Source: Trichoplax adhaerens (taxonomy: Eukaryota; Animalia; Placozoa). Taken from it: a stretch of DNA of 64,000 nucleotides. The notes under the pieces are model-generated. The model searched no databases. It was not told the DNA's origin and saw nothing but the letters and a program-made list of their open reading frames with translations. Positions within the stretch are counted from its first letter, which is position 1; each line of letters begins with the position of its first letter. Location: NCBI RefSeq assembly GCF_000150275.1, contig NW_002060949.1, positions 2,849,836-2,913,835 on the forward strand, given 5' to 3'. This document shows, piece after piece, positions 25,701 through 49,677 of this stretch. The translations under genes were made by a program, and so were the position numbers.

Positions 25701-28700
25701 GGGGCCGCCGATACCGACCTTGACGTGGAGGATCTGGCGACACTGAAAGGTTAGTTGTAACTTTTACATACAGTATAGTATAGGCAATTCTGGCATATCC
25801 GCGTGGATTAACTTCATAGTGGTCATGTGTATGTGTTTAACATTCTAGCACTGCTTCTGAAGTTGGAAGAGATTCTCGGAGATATAGAACTTCCCAGTTC
25901 CGGTAACGGAGTTACAAAGCCTGGAAGGTACCAAGTACACACTTATTAACCGTTGCTAACAATATTTCGTATAGTGAAGTTGATATCGAGTGGTTTATAT
26001 AAAACGTAGATGCAATATTTCATATTTGTATGACAAGGATACCAAGTAGCTTTACTGTCTAACAATGCGGTATGTGATTGAATCTAGCTATATATATGAA
26101 ATATTTAAACAACTTAATGTAACATTTGAAACAAAACACCTTTTTGTGCAAGTATTGGGAAAGTGTATAGATGCCACAGTATCAGGTACTGTTGTTGCTT
26201 TAATATAAATCTTAAATTCTACGCATAAACGATCTCTTATTTTCACTACAGTACCATTCATTCCTTTCTTGTAACTGTAGATAGCAAAACTCTAAGAGCA
26301 AAACACTTTGGATTAGAAAAAGTTTTAGATATTTTAACGGTAATTTTTCTTGGTTATGAAGTTATCAATCAAAGAAATCAACTCATTGTTTAATATTATT
26401 AACTGTTAGTTGATATTCGGAGCAAATCAAATAGATTTATCATCTGGTTCTAGTTCGAATTCGCAAAGATATTATAAGGTAATCATATACATAGAGACTT
26501 TAATAGACTATTATTCAAGCAATTGTTGTCCTGTAGGTTCATATTCGATCCGATAATAACATAAGAAAATGGCAAACGTCACATAGTGATCCTTGGACAA
26601 CAGCAAAAAAGGCTGCTAAAGAGGGTCGGTATAGTGTTGTCTTTAATTATTACATGCTATTAAACCTTATTTTAAGCATGATAGCACATGTTCTTAAAGT
26701 TATTTTCTTTAATCTGTATATTTTTATTTAATAGGTCGGATTCTTAGTTACTGGTGTTTTAGCCCTAGTTACAGTATGAAAGAATTAATAGATCAAGAAG
26801 TTCGAGCAGTAATACTTACAAGTGGAACTCTTTCCCCGATAGAATCACTGGTTGCGGAATTTCAAGTGTAATGAACTTTAGTATCTTGCATCTCAAAGAG
26901 TAAACTTATAGTAACTGCCGTATTTTATATCTGTTCAGGAGCTTTCCAGTTCAGTTACAAAATCCTCACGTTATCGACAAGAAGCAAATTTGGATTGGTA
27001 CTGTATCTAAGGGCCCTTGTGGTACAGCTCTTAACTCATCGTACAGAAATCGGTAAACTTGCAAAGAAATAGTTAATAACCTTGCTATTTATTAATTTAT
27101 AAATGCTGATAAAATGTTAACACTCCTATAGATCGTCAGCAGAATATTTATCTTCGTTAGGCAATACGATTGGTGGGTATATATGTATAATGATAAATAT
27201 AATTGTAAAATTGTTTAGATTAATCCTAATGCTAGCCATAAAAACTTGTTACAGTCAATTTTGCCAGAATAATACCCGATGGATTGTTGGTATTTTTTCC
27301 ATCTTATCCGGTAATGAATTCCTGTATTGAACATTGGCAGGTAGGATAAGTAGGCGGAGAATTATACTCGCAAGCCTTGCAGATATTGTTAGGCTGGTAA
27401 CGCAACTAAGGAACACTATTTTCTATTTCTTTATTACAAAAGTCCTCCGGTATATGGGACCGAATATGTCAACATAAAAGTTTGCATATTGAACCCCAGC
27501 ACAAATCTGAATTTAATAGGGTTGGTATTTGAATTACAACACAGCCGATTTTAGGTACAGCTATATTCGTATATTACAATAAATGACCAAAAGTTTTTAC
27601 GATCCAGGTAATGGATGAATATTATTCGAGTGTAAGAGATGAAAATTGTAGTGGAGCCATATTTCTAGGTGTATGTAGAGGAAAGGTGAATGCTATATTT
27701 TTTCTTAGCCTTTAGTTCATGTAATTAATGGTAATATCAAATTATGAAAGGCCTCTTTTGATCTTGTAGTTCAAATATTTGTGCAATGATTGTATTTAAA
27801 ATAGGTTAGTGAGGGTGTTGATTTTGCGGATATTAACGGTAGGGCTGTTATAATTACTGGCTTGCCCTTCCCTCCGAGTAAAGAAGCAAAGGTTAAACAT
27901 ACCAATATCAGTTTTTGAACCTCATCTTAAATTTACTAAAGATATATTAACCCAAAATTCCTCTAGGTGATGCTGAAAATGCAGTATCTAGATGAAAACA
28001 TTGGATTTAAAGAGCACAAGGTTAGTATTACTCATGAATAATCCTATGTTAGGCTTAGAAACGTATTTATAAATCAACTATACGCTAGAATGTTTCATTC
28101 TTATCACCCCTTTATGAAAATATTCGCTTTTTATTCCTGTCCTATTAAATTAGTCAATATGTGGGAGAGATTGGTATCGTCAACAGGCTTCTCGCGCCGT
28201 AAATCAAGCAATTGGCCGCGTAATAAGGCATCGAAATGATTATGGTGCAATAATCCTTTGTGATGAAAGGTAACTTGCTAGACCTCACTTTTATTAGTTT
28301 TTGTCCAAAGCTTACGACGAACCATTAATATTTCATTAGAATTAAAAATTATTAATACTATTGCCACTGTCAGTAGCTACTATTGTTTATACACTAAGTT
28401 AAACAGAATTCATGGTAATTAAAGGTTATTTCTGGAATGTAAACAGATTTAATCAAAAAGACTCAATAAGCCAGTTACCTAAGTGGTTAAAAGACTATGT
28501 TCAAGCATATGGTAGTTTTGGCCTCACTCAAAAAAGTTTAAAAGATTTCTTTTCTACTGCAATGACTCTGGTTAGATTGCACGTCAATTTTTAAATCGCC
28601 ATTACTTTTATTTTTGCTTCAACGTTTCGTTTTCTAGCTTATTATAAAATACGCGTACATCCAATTTTTGTTCAGGGCAGGGAAGTTTCGTCAGAGAAAG

Positions 28701-29889
28701 CTGCTCTCAAGCACAGTAATGCAGAAATAGCGAAAAATCTTTCGCGTCCTTTCAAGAAACCGACTTCTAGTGAGAAAAACGCGAAGGATGTTGTGTTACA
28801 TGTCGCTAGTTTACAGCCAACAGTCCCAAAGTCTCCTAATGACCGCAAAGCAGCTGAGAGACTAGAATCGAGAAAGCAAACCAGCTTATTAGAATCATTA
28901 AACCAGTGTGATGAAAATAGGATTACAGATACTGTTCCAGATAAGAACGTGAGCTAATAGACGTCAACCAATATCTCCTCGGATATATTGTAAATCTAAA
29001 TTTCAGTTTTGTAGTTACTGTTCATTGATAAACGTTGTACATGTTATTAATTTTTTAGGATACTGCAACAATCTCCAGCACTATTTTAGACGAGAATCTG
29101 TCCAATGTTGACGCCAAAATCAACGCTATGCCAGTCGCGAAAAGAACTCATAAGGTATATATGACTTTCGATGAATATAAGATACTATCAGGTTTATTAA
29201 CTCTGCCAATTATCAATTTCTCACTCTTTATTCTGTGTAACTGAGAAGCGATAGCTGAATGTTTTGTGCATATTTTTTTATACTCTTTAGATTATTCTGC
29301 ACAAAAAAGGTACAAATTCAGGAAATCGAGAGAATACGGCCGCTATGTATTTAAAAAAGGTGTAAAAATCGAATCAAGCTGAAAATTTTCTGTTATTACG
29401 ACTTTCAAATTTATCGATATTTGCTAATATCAGTTAGTGTGCTTGAAATTCATTGTAACATCGAAGATTTGTTCTTAGGTAAAAGAATGTTTGAGCGTCG
29501 ATTCTTTTGCAAGATTAAGACATCTTTTAGCTTCATTTAAGAAGGTTAGAATTACAATGTCATGAATATATGAACCTTATAAAATTTGTAGCATTATAAT
29601 TTTTGCCATCTGATTGATAGGATCGCAATATACATGCATTGATTAACGGCTTATCAACAGTATTTGATGATTCGTCTATGTATGACCTTGCAATAGGTAA
29701 GCATACTAGGAAAAGTTAGAGACTAGACATTGTTGAATAATATTTTATTTATCTAATAACGAGTATCAATGGAGTAAATAAACGAAATGTTAATTATGTC
29801 GTTTAACAATTACAGAATTTGTCCAGTTTATCCCTGGATACCTGAAGGAGGAATTTGAGACAAGTTTAAGAAAGAAACTAAATGGTTAG
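22719..29889 (+). CDS. RTEL1: Regulator of telomere elongation helicase 1 (XPD-family Fe-S DEAH helicase), many exons
   Basis: [55 protein letters not shown], four Fe-S cysteines (QMCIH, HACRAKV, RTCHF, VCPYY), [71 protein letters not shown], and a C-terminal harmonin-homology-like segment (YLKKVKECLS...FVQFIP). The 3' end at 29889 is uncertain because the site is also donor-like. Confidence 0.93.
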
Positions 29890-31157
29890 GTTTAACCTTT
29901 TCAAGCCTGTGCTGTCTTTACCGGTTTGATTCTATAGCTAACAGCATTAGATTAAGATTTGAATATCAATTCCTTTGATCTATTTTTGCTGATATTTGTA
30001 TATCGCTAAATCTGACTATGAAATGTTCTACTGCGCAGTATACTTTAGATTATATCTACTTTGAAGTACTTTGTTTTTACCTGTAACGTTAGAGTACTAA
30101 ACAAACTCTTGTAAGAAATATTGTACTCAAGTTTTAATGGACTGTATGGTTGCTCTGAAGATCAATTCTGTTCATAGGCTAAATGCAACTCCTATATAAA
30201 ATATTGATATCATAGAAAATTACTGTTTTATACATGTATAATCTGAAATTATCATACTTTGTAAGTTGTGACAAGGAAATTTCCCTAACTGAGTCTCAGT
30301 TATACTACCCCATGTATATAAATTTTGACGCAATATTAACCAAGCACAAAGTACGCATTTATTTCGTTACATTACGCTTGCGATATTACTGTACAGCTCA
30401 ACGCCTGCAATTGTATGCGTTCATGATGTTTGCAAAGTATAATATAAAATCTAATTAGAATGGTATCTTTATTATTTTAAAATTTAACTGATATTTGTAA
30501 TTCGATAAAAACTTTTTGATACCATACTGTGCATATAATTTATCATGTCTACATCCTGACTAAGTCAATCATAATACAAAATGTTTGTAATATGAATGTG
30601 TGACTACTTATTGCAAGATAAGCTATATATATATATATATTGGACGTTTCATAACTTTATAATTTGCAGTTTTAATTATTTAATTAACCATTGAAATGAG
30701 TACCCCCGTATACCAGTATCGCATCTAAACAGAGTGAACATGATAGCTTTAATTCACTGCCGTCTATATGCTCTCAGACTTACACTCTCGTATAAAATTT
30801 TACTGGAACAGTATTCTACAACGGAATCAAAAATTTAGTAAGAATATAAAAATTTTAAATCATTTTTCTTCATCATTGAGAATTCGTCACATACTGCTAC
30901 TGCAGTATAGTGATAGTTTGATAGTGCATTAGTTCTTATACAGCTATGTACTTATAAAACAAAAGCGTAGCTGCTTGTGGATTCATAATTGGCTACAAAA
31001 GATGGTATAAATAAACTGGGAGTAAAAAAAGTTGTACTGTACAAAAATATCTAAAATGACTATTATGTATTTACACTCTGAAGCTTAACTATACAGTATG
31101 CTACCTTATCACAATTTGATAAAAAGTCATCACTCTATTACGGTAACATCGCCGGTA

Positions 31158-42952
<11,795 letters not shown>

Positions 42953-43137
42953 TGTATAACAGCTTGATACGTGTATTAATAGCTTGAACTTCTATACCAT
43001 AGAAACATAGTACTATGCTGAAAAAATAAAAAAAAAGGAAATCTATCTGAAACTCCAAGTTTAAATCAATATTTTCTCTTCTCTTTGCATTGCCAGGAGT
43101 AATTCAAATCGACAGTAGGTTGGTCTTCCAATTTGCC

Positions 43138-43335
43138 CTACCTACAGTACGGTACTGTACAGTACGCGTTTTCGTCTGGATACATCATTGACACACGTAT
43201 TATACTGTACCATACTGTACTGTACTGTACCGTAGTGACCTGTCTACAGTACTGTACTGTACATACAGTAGTCAACCGTCAACGCCCTAGTGTACGTTGT
43301 ACTGTAACAGGATATACTGTACACTGTACACCGTA
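43138..43335. promoter_or_regulatory. TACAG/CTGTA-rich block upstream of FAM135
   Basis: Dense tactgtacagtac / tactgtactgtactgtac ~190-380 bp upstream of the ATG at 42952. Confidence 0.6.
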
Positions 43336-43395
43336 GTTTCTGCGGACAGCATACTAGCCGGCAACTCTGTACGCATGCCGCTAATTGCTAGGTAA

Positions 43396-45070
43396 CAGAA
43401 ACAAGCTTCTGCACTTGAAAACCACTCAAAAATAAGTTAGGGTGCTACTACTGTCTTCTTCGAAGGTCAGAAACAAGCTTCCACACTTGAAAACCATTCA
43501 AAAATAAGTTAGTGTGCTACTACTGCCTTCTTTCAAGTTCGGAAACAAGCTTCCGCACTTAAAAACCACTCAAAAATAAGTTGGTGTGCTACTACTGTCT
43601 TCTTTCAAGTTCAGAAACAAGCTTCTGCACTTGAAAACCACTCGAAAATAAGTTAGTGTGCTACTACTGTCTTCTTCGATGGTCAGAAACAAGCTTCCGC
43701 ACTTGAAAACCACTCAAAAATAAGTTAGTGTGCTACTACTGTCTTCTTTCAAGTTCGGAAACAAGCTTCCGCACTTGAAAACCACTCAAAAATAAGTTGG
43801 TGTGCTACTACTGTCTTCTTTCAAGTTCAGAAACAAGCTTCTGCACTTGAAAACCACTCAAAAATAAGTTAGTGTGCTACTACTGTCTTCTTCGAAGGTC
43901 AGAAACAAGCTTCCGCACTTGAAAACCACTCAAAAATAAGTTAGTGTGCAACTACTATCTTCTTTCAAGTTCGGAAACAAGTTTCTGCACTTGAAAACCA
44001 CTCAAAAATAAGTTAGTGTGCTACTACTGTCTTCTTTTTAAGTTCAGAAGCAAGCTTCTGCACTTGAAAACCACTCGAAAATAAGTTAGTGTGCTACTAC
44101 TACTGTCTTCTTCGAAGGTCAGAAACAAGCTTCCGCACTTGAAAACCACTAAAAACCACTCAAAAATAAGTTAGTGTGCTACTACTATCTTCTTTCAAGT
44201 TCGGAAACAAGCTTACGCACTTGAAAACCACTCAAGAATAAGTTAGTGTGCTACTACTGTCTTCTTTTTAAGTTCAGAAGCAAGCTTCTGCACTTGAAAA
44301 CCACTCAAAAATAAGTTAGTGTGCTACTACTGTCTTCTTCGAAGGTCAGAAACAAGCTCCCGCACTTGAAAACCACTCAAAATAAGTTAGTGTGCTACTA
44401 CTGTCTTCTTTTTAAGTTCAGAAGAAAGCTTCTGCACTTGAAAACCACTCAAAAATAAGTTAGTGTGCTACTACTGTCTTCTTCGAAGGTCAGAAACAAG
44501 CTTCCGCACTTGAAAACCACTAAAAACCACTCAAAAATAAGTTGGTGTGCTACTACTGTCTTCTTTCAAGTTCGGAAACAAGCTTCCGCACTTGAAAACC
44601 ACTCAAAAATAAGTTAGTGTGCTACTACTGTCTTCTTTCAAGTTCAGAAACAAGCTTCTGCACTTGAAAACCACTCAAGAATAAGTTAGTGTGCTACTAC
44701 TGTCTTCTTCGAAGCTCAGAAACAAGCTTCTGCACTTGAAACCACTCAAAAATAAATTAGTGTGCTACTACTGTCTTCTTTCAAGTTCGGAAACAAGCTT
44801 CCGCACTTGAAAACCACTAAAAACCACTCAAAAATAAGTTAGTGTGCTACTACTGTCTTCTTCGAATGTCAGAAACAAGCTTCTGCACTTGAAACCACTC
44901 AAAAATAAATTAGTGTGCTACTACTGTCTTCTTTCAAGTTCGGAAACAAGCTTCCGCACTTGAAAACCACTAAAAACCACTCAAAAATAAGTTAGTGTGC
45001 TACTACTGTCTTCTTTCAAGTTCGGAAACAAGCTTCTGCGCTTGAAAACCACTCAAAAATATGTTAGTGT
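43396..45070. repeat. 72-bp minisatellite, ~23 copies, with variant subunits in a partly trimeric higher-order pattern
   Basis: Consensus cagaaacaagcttctgcacttgaaaaccactcaaaaataagttagtgtgctactactgtcttctttcaagtt; units start at 43396, 43468, 43540 and so on; the consensus has stops in all six frames. Confidence 0.97.
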
Positions 45071-46002
45071 ACGCGCATAGAGCTTCAAAACGCCATTGCG
45101 TTCGATGTAAAATTAGCCCATCATCCGCAATTTATATATTGCAATCAATTATTCTGATCCAAATTCTTATTGACCCAGCACATTATGATTAATTACAACT
45201 GCTATTACTTTTCTCCATATGACTTCGATCCAACACCGATTGTACACCAGTAAGAGATGCGTATAATCGTATAAAAACATTAAATAAGTGAAAAAGATCT
45301 GGTACCAGACATGCAAATTTCAGTTATCAAACTTTCCACTCTTTGGTACACTATACGCGTAGACAGTAGTGATGCAATAATTTAATTTCGCAATCGATTG
45401 AAAATAATTAAAACAAAATAATAATAATAATAACACTATGATAACTATAATAGATATAAAATTGAAAAGATTTAACGGTAAACAGATAAATTTACTCACT
45501 TACCACTACTGCCAACGTACAGTACAATACTATACTATATTGAACTGCCAGAACAAGATTCTCTACAAAAAAATTGATTGCTTGTTAAAAAACATCAATA
45601 GAGTCGCTTTAGCAAACCGATGCGAAAAGTAATAGAAGGCAAGGACTATCGAAATTAGTACAAAAGTGAGGATCTACTACCAGTCCGGCCAGAACTAAAA
45701 TTTAGCTTCACTTTCATCAGTTCCATTGTACCAGCATATTATATCAAATTGCATGGAGATAACTGTAACTTATTAAATGGGTATGGATGTCAAAATCGAA
45801 AAGCCGTACCAAGCGAAAAGAAAAAAGCGATTGTTTTGCAATACTGGATTTGCAGTCGCAATACGTTGGGAGCTTAAGCCTTATAGATACATTACTGTAT
45901 GGTTTACAATTCATAATTAAATAAGAATACATTCAACCATGTAAACAAGAACTCTCTACCTTGTTTAACGTAACTCGGATCGTACTTTTTACCTGTGAAT
46001 TT

Positions 46003-47870
46003 CTACTGAAGCTTGTTTCGTATGCCTGATAAAAAGTCACGGGCAGCATCTGCCTTAGTTTGTTTCCAATTCTTTCCACCAGTCCATAAATAAAATGATG
46101 TTACTAAAGTGATTAACCTTATTAAAGTTGTGACTGACACATAACAATTTAAAAGTATCGACAACAATAGAAGCCCATTGAATATAAGAATTTTTATTTC
46201 ATTTTGATATCATGGCAGAAAAATAACGCATTGTACTTTACCCTCATTCAAATATACGAGAATTATGGGCCGTTGTAAGGAAGATTGAGTAGAGAAGGAA
46301 GGAAAAAATTGTCATGTTAACAAAGGTTTATTGGTCAATGTTAGATTTGATTAATATAGATTAAATTTATGGGTTAATTAATTGAAATTCTCAGAATCGG
46401 ATATTGATATGTTTACACTGCACAGCAGAATAATAGCAATGGCGTATATTTTTCATGATTGTTTTTTAAACCAAACGGCTTAGTAATCTTCTACTACCAA
46501 AATGATCTTTTCTAGAGCAATAATTTTACATATACAACGTATATCAGACACGCCGCGAGCATATACTGTTATGATACAAATATTTATAGCGTTCTAGCAG
46601 ATACGAGCATGTTTCCATACCGTGTAAATATGAAAGCTCTACAATACTTTGCATTTGATTAATAAACAAATAGGAAATCTTATGTTACAAATTACATTGA
46701 TATTGCATAATTTTTGAAAAGCCAAGAAGGTGGTTCACTTCTATTCATTATTAAAGTTTAGTGATTTCGATAAAATAAATTTTTTATTGCACCGTTATTC
46801 TTCAAATTTTAATTACAAAATGGTTATATTTACGAATTCCATACAATAATAAGACGAGGACGAATAATCCCCTAAAAGACATTAGTGACTATTATTATTT
46901 TGTAAAAGTTCTACTGAGTAAACTAAGTTATTGCTAATATCATATGCGTGGGTGTTATTTTCTTGAAAAAACTGAAGCAATTAATTTCCTACTCACAGTC
47001 AATAAAAATACAAAAAACTACGTAATACTCAAAGCCATCGGTCTATCAAGAATGTATTCCAATTGTCAAGGATAAACGTGATTTCTATCATTGGAACACG
47101 ACAGCCCCTTAATATTATGGTAGCAACGAACAAGAAAGTGAATTGAACAATAAGATGTCTGCATTTTTAGCCCTTCCAATTGATCTGCTATTTATAGCGG
47201 CGAACGTAATTGTGATTTTAATTACAAAATAATCACTAGTTAACTGTATAGAGATTGATAATAATTGAGGATGAATTTTTTTATCCACAATAGGCGCATG
47301 GATAGGTTAAAGCAATAATTGCAATTATAGCTATCGTCCTTAATACGTACACATGTATAATATTGTCAGCCGTACAGTATCAGACAAGTAGAGTAAGAAT
47401 CAGATATTTAGCTACTGAATGACTCTGATATGGGTTATATGGGATATCTTCCTTTTAAAAGTAAAATTTTGCAGTAATATGCGTATCTGCAGTACAACTG
47501 TACAATGAGTGTACGTATATGTAATGCACAATGTACTCGTAGAGGTGTCCATTTTACAGTACTGTGCACTAGATGGTTGATTCTCGAGACTATATTTTGC
47601 TAAAGAATTCGATACTTGCTGTACTTTTGCAGGTTGTAACGGAAAATTATGATATTGTGCTCGTACTTATTAGTGATACTATAAAGTAGAGTATTGTGAA
47701 ATGACAAAATAGACAGCATAAATCGCACACGAAGCTAAAATCGACAATATCAAATCTTGGAGGATATCATCGACATCATCACCTATCCATCGACCAAACT
47801 CACCTGTCCATTGACAAACTACTAGAAAGAGACCAAATGATCCTTGATGTAATATTAATGGTTCTCAATA
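46003..47870 (-). CDS. Putative multi-pass membrane protein, possibly SCAMP-like; exon structure unresolved
   Basis: Terminal segment ...LVTSFYLWTGGKNWKQTKADAARDFLSGIRNKLQ* (stop 46003-46005); hydrophobic exon-like pieces GLFVLVLLLYGI (~46835-46875) and DLILSILASCAIYAVYFVISQYSTL (~47680-47760). No complete model could be built. Confidence 0.35.
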
Positions 47871-48195
47871 AAACACAACGTCCTCGATGCACTGTTGAAC
47901 TGATACTTTATTGCTCGAGCCACATGCATGCAGACACCGATATCTAGACTGACGTTCTACATACGAACACAGATGTAAATTGAACATTAAGAGTGTTCTT
48001 AAGATATCAGTCAGAACTATAGGCAGTTTTAAACCTGTTATTACCTTACCAAAGATAAACTATGATAATATTACAGTAACATTACGTTGGTCTCGCAATA
48101 AGCCAATCAGATCGTGTATAGGTACATCTACACTAGGTATATTGTACAATAGGCCCCCGCCAATTTATAAAAAGTTTTAAGAATACTTAGCTGAA

Positions 48196-48610
48196 ACTAT
48201 CGTACTAACGCATCAGAATTATTAGAAGCACCTCCATGTAAAATTATGATCACATTCTGGTGATTCTCTCTGCAAATGAAATGGTATGAAACCGTATGAA
48301 ATCCTATTGCACAAAGCAACCTAGCATCTAATTTGGACTATCGTACTAACGCATCAGAATTTTTATTAGCATCTCCATGATCACATTCTGGTGATTCTCT
48401 CTGCAAATGAAATGGTATGAAACCGTATGAAATCCTATTGCACAAAGCAACCTAGCATCTAATTTGGACTATCGTACTAACGCATCAGAATTTTTATTAG
48501 CACCTCCATGTAAAATTATGATCACATTCTGGTGATTCTCTCTGCAAATGAAATGGTATGAAACCGTATGAAATCCTATTGCGCAAAAGCAATCTAGCAT
48601 TTAATTTGGA
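48196..48610. repeat. ~140-bp tandem repeat, 3 copies (starts 48196, 48337, 48468)
   Basis: actatcgtactaacgcatcagaatt...gatcacattctggtgattctctctgcaaatgaaatggtatgaaaccgtatgaaatcctattgc repeated three times; copy 2 has a ~10-bp deletion. Confidence 0.95.
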
Positions 48611-48673
48611 TACATCGGTCGCGGACATCGCGGACATAGCGGACAGCGTACCGTCGCAGCGTCGATCTTTTTC

Positions 48674-48848
48674 TACTGAGTGTACAGTACATACAGTACA
48701 GTACAGTGTACTGTACACTCAGTGTACTGTACTGTACAGTACAGTAGGGAAAACTGGCTACGGTAAAAAGAAAAGAAAAAGCTCCTTGCCTCTGTACAGT
48801 ACCGTACAGTGTACAGTGTACAGTGTACAGTACACTGAGTACAGTACA
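48674..48848. promoter_or_regulatory. TACAG/CTGTA-rich block upstream of AHI1 and of the putative divergent membrane gene
   Basis: Dense tacagtacag / (tacagtg)3 / tactgtactgtacagtacagta, ~830 bp upstream of the proposed AHI1 ATG. Confidence 0.55.
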
Positions 48849-49677
48849 ACCCACGCGAAATCAACATACCAAGACTAAAAATAAATACTAACCGTTATCG
48901 ACGCTGTTACACCCAGGTGACAGTCAGTGTGGTATACTGTATCTAGTTACAGCACTTGCACAACTGCATAGTCAAACAACAAGTCGTTTCCTCGTTCATT
49001 GAAGCCGAGCAAATTAACCCAACTACAACCTCTGGCGGTATATTAGTTGTTTGCGAGAGAAAAAAACACTTGTATCTTCTTCAATTATAGATTCAAGAAC
49101 GATATATTGTACAAGTCTTTAAGATTGAATGGTTGTAAATCCTAGTATTCGATAGAGGTAGAAGTAATTTTCATTTTTTGAAAGAAAAAATGAAAAAAAT
49201 TTTACAACATTGAATGGTTATGGTACACTTTTACTTTCTCATTTCATATTGGTCAACTTATGCTATCATTTTGTTAGTACGTGTTGTGTATAGGTTCTGA
49301 ACTCTCTAACATAGAAGTACATGTCAAGTCTTTCATCAATTTAGCCATAATAAATTAACATTTACTTTATGAAGATATACAATTCGATACTACCTAGTGT
49401 TGTATCACTGTATTTTCCCAACACACAACTACAGTACTGTAATTTGTTGAAATCATGACAGTACTTGTACAGTCTACAGTACAGTATTGTAGTAGTATTA
49501 ATGAGGTGGATTGCACTTGATCTGGATAGTTTTTTAATATTGACGGTGTTTCAGCTTGGATGTGAGCCTTCTAATGTCTAACTGTCTCAATTTTATTCAT
49601 AGATTCTATGATGACGAAAATATGACCATGTACCGTAGTAGATACTGTATGCCAACATAAATAAGCTGTCATCAATT

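Noticed and set aside
43396-45070. CRISPR-like array or repetitive protein
   Set aside because: Units are contiguous with no unique spacers, no cas genes are present in this eukaryotic context, and the consensus has stops in all six frames.
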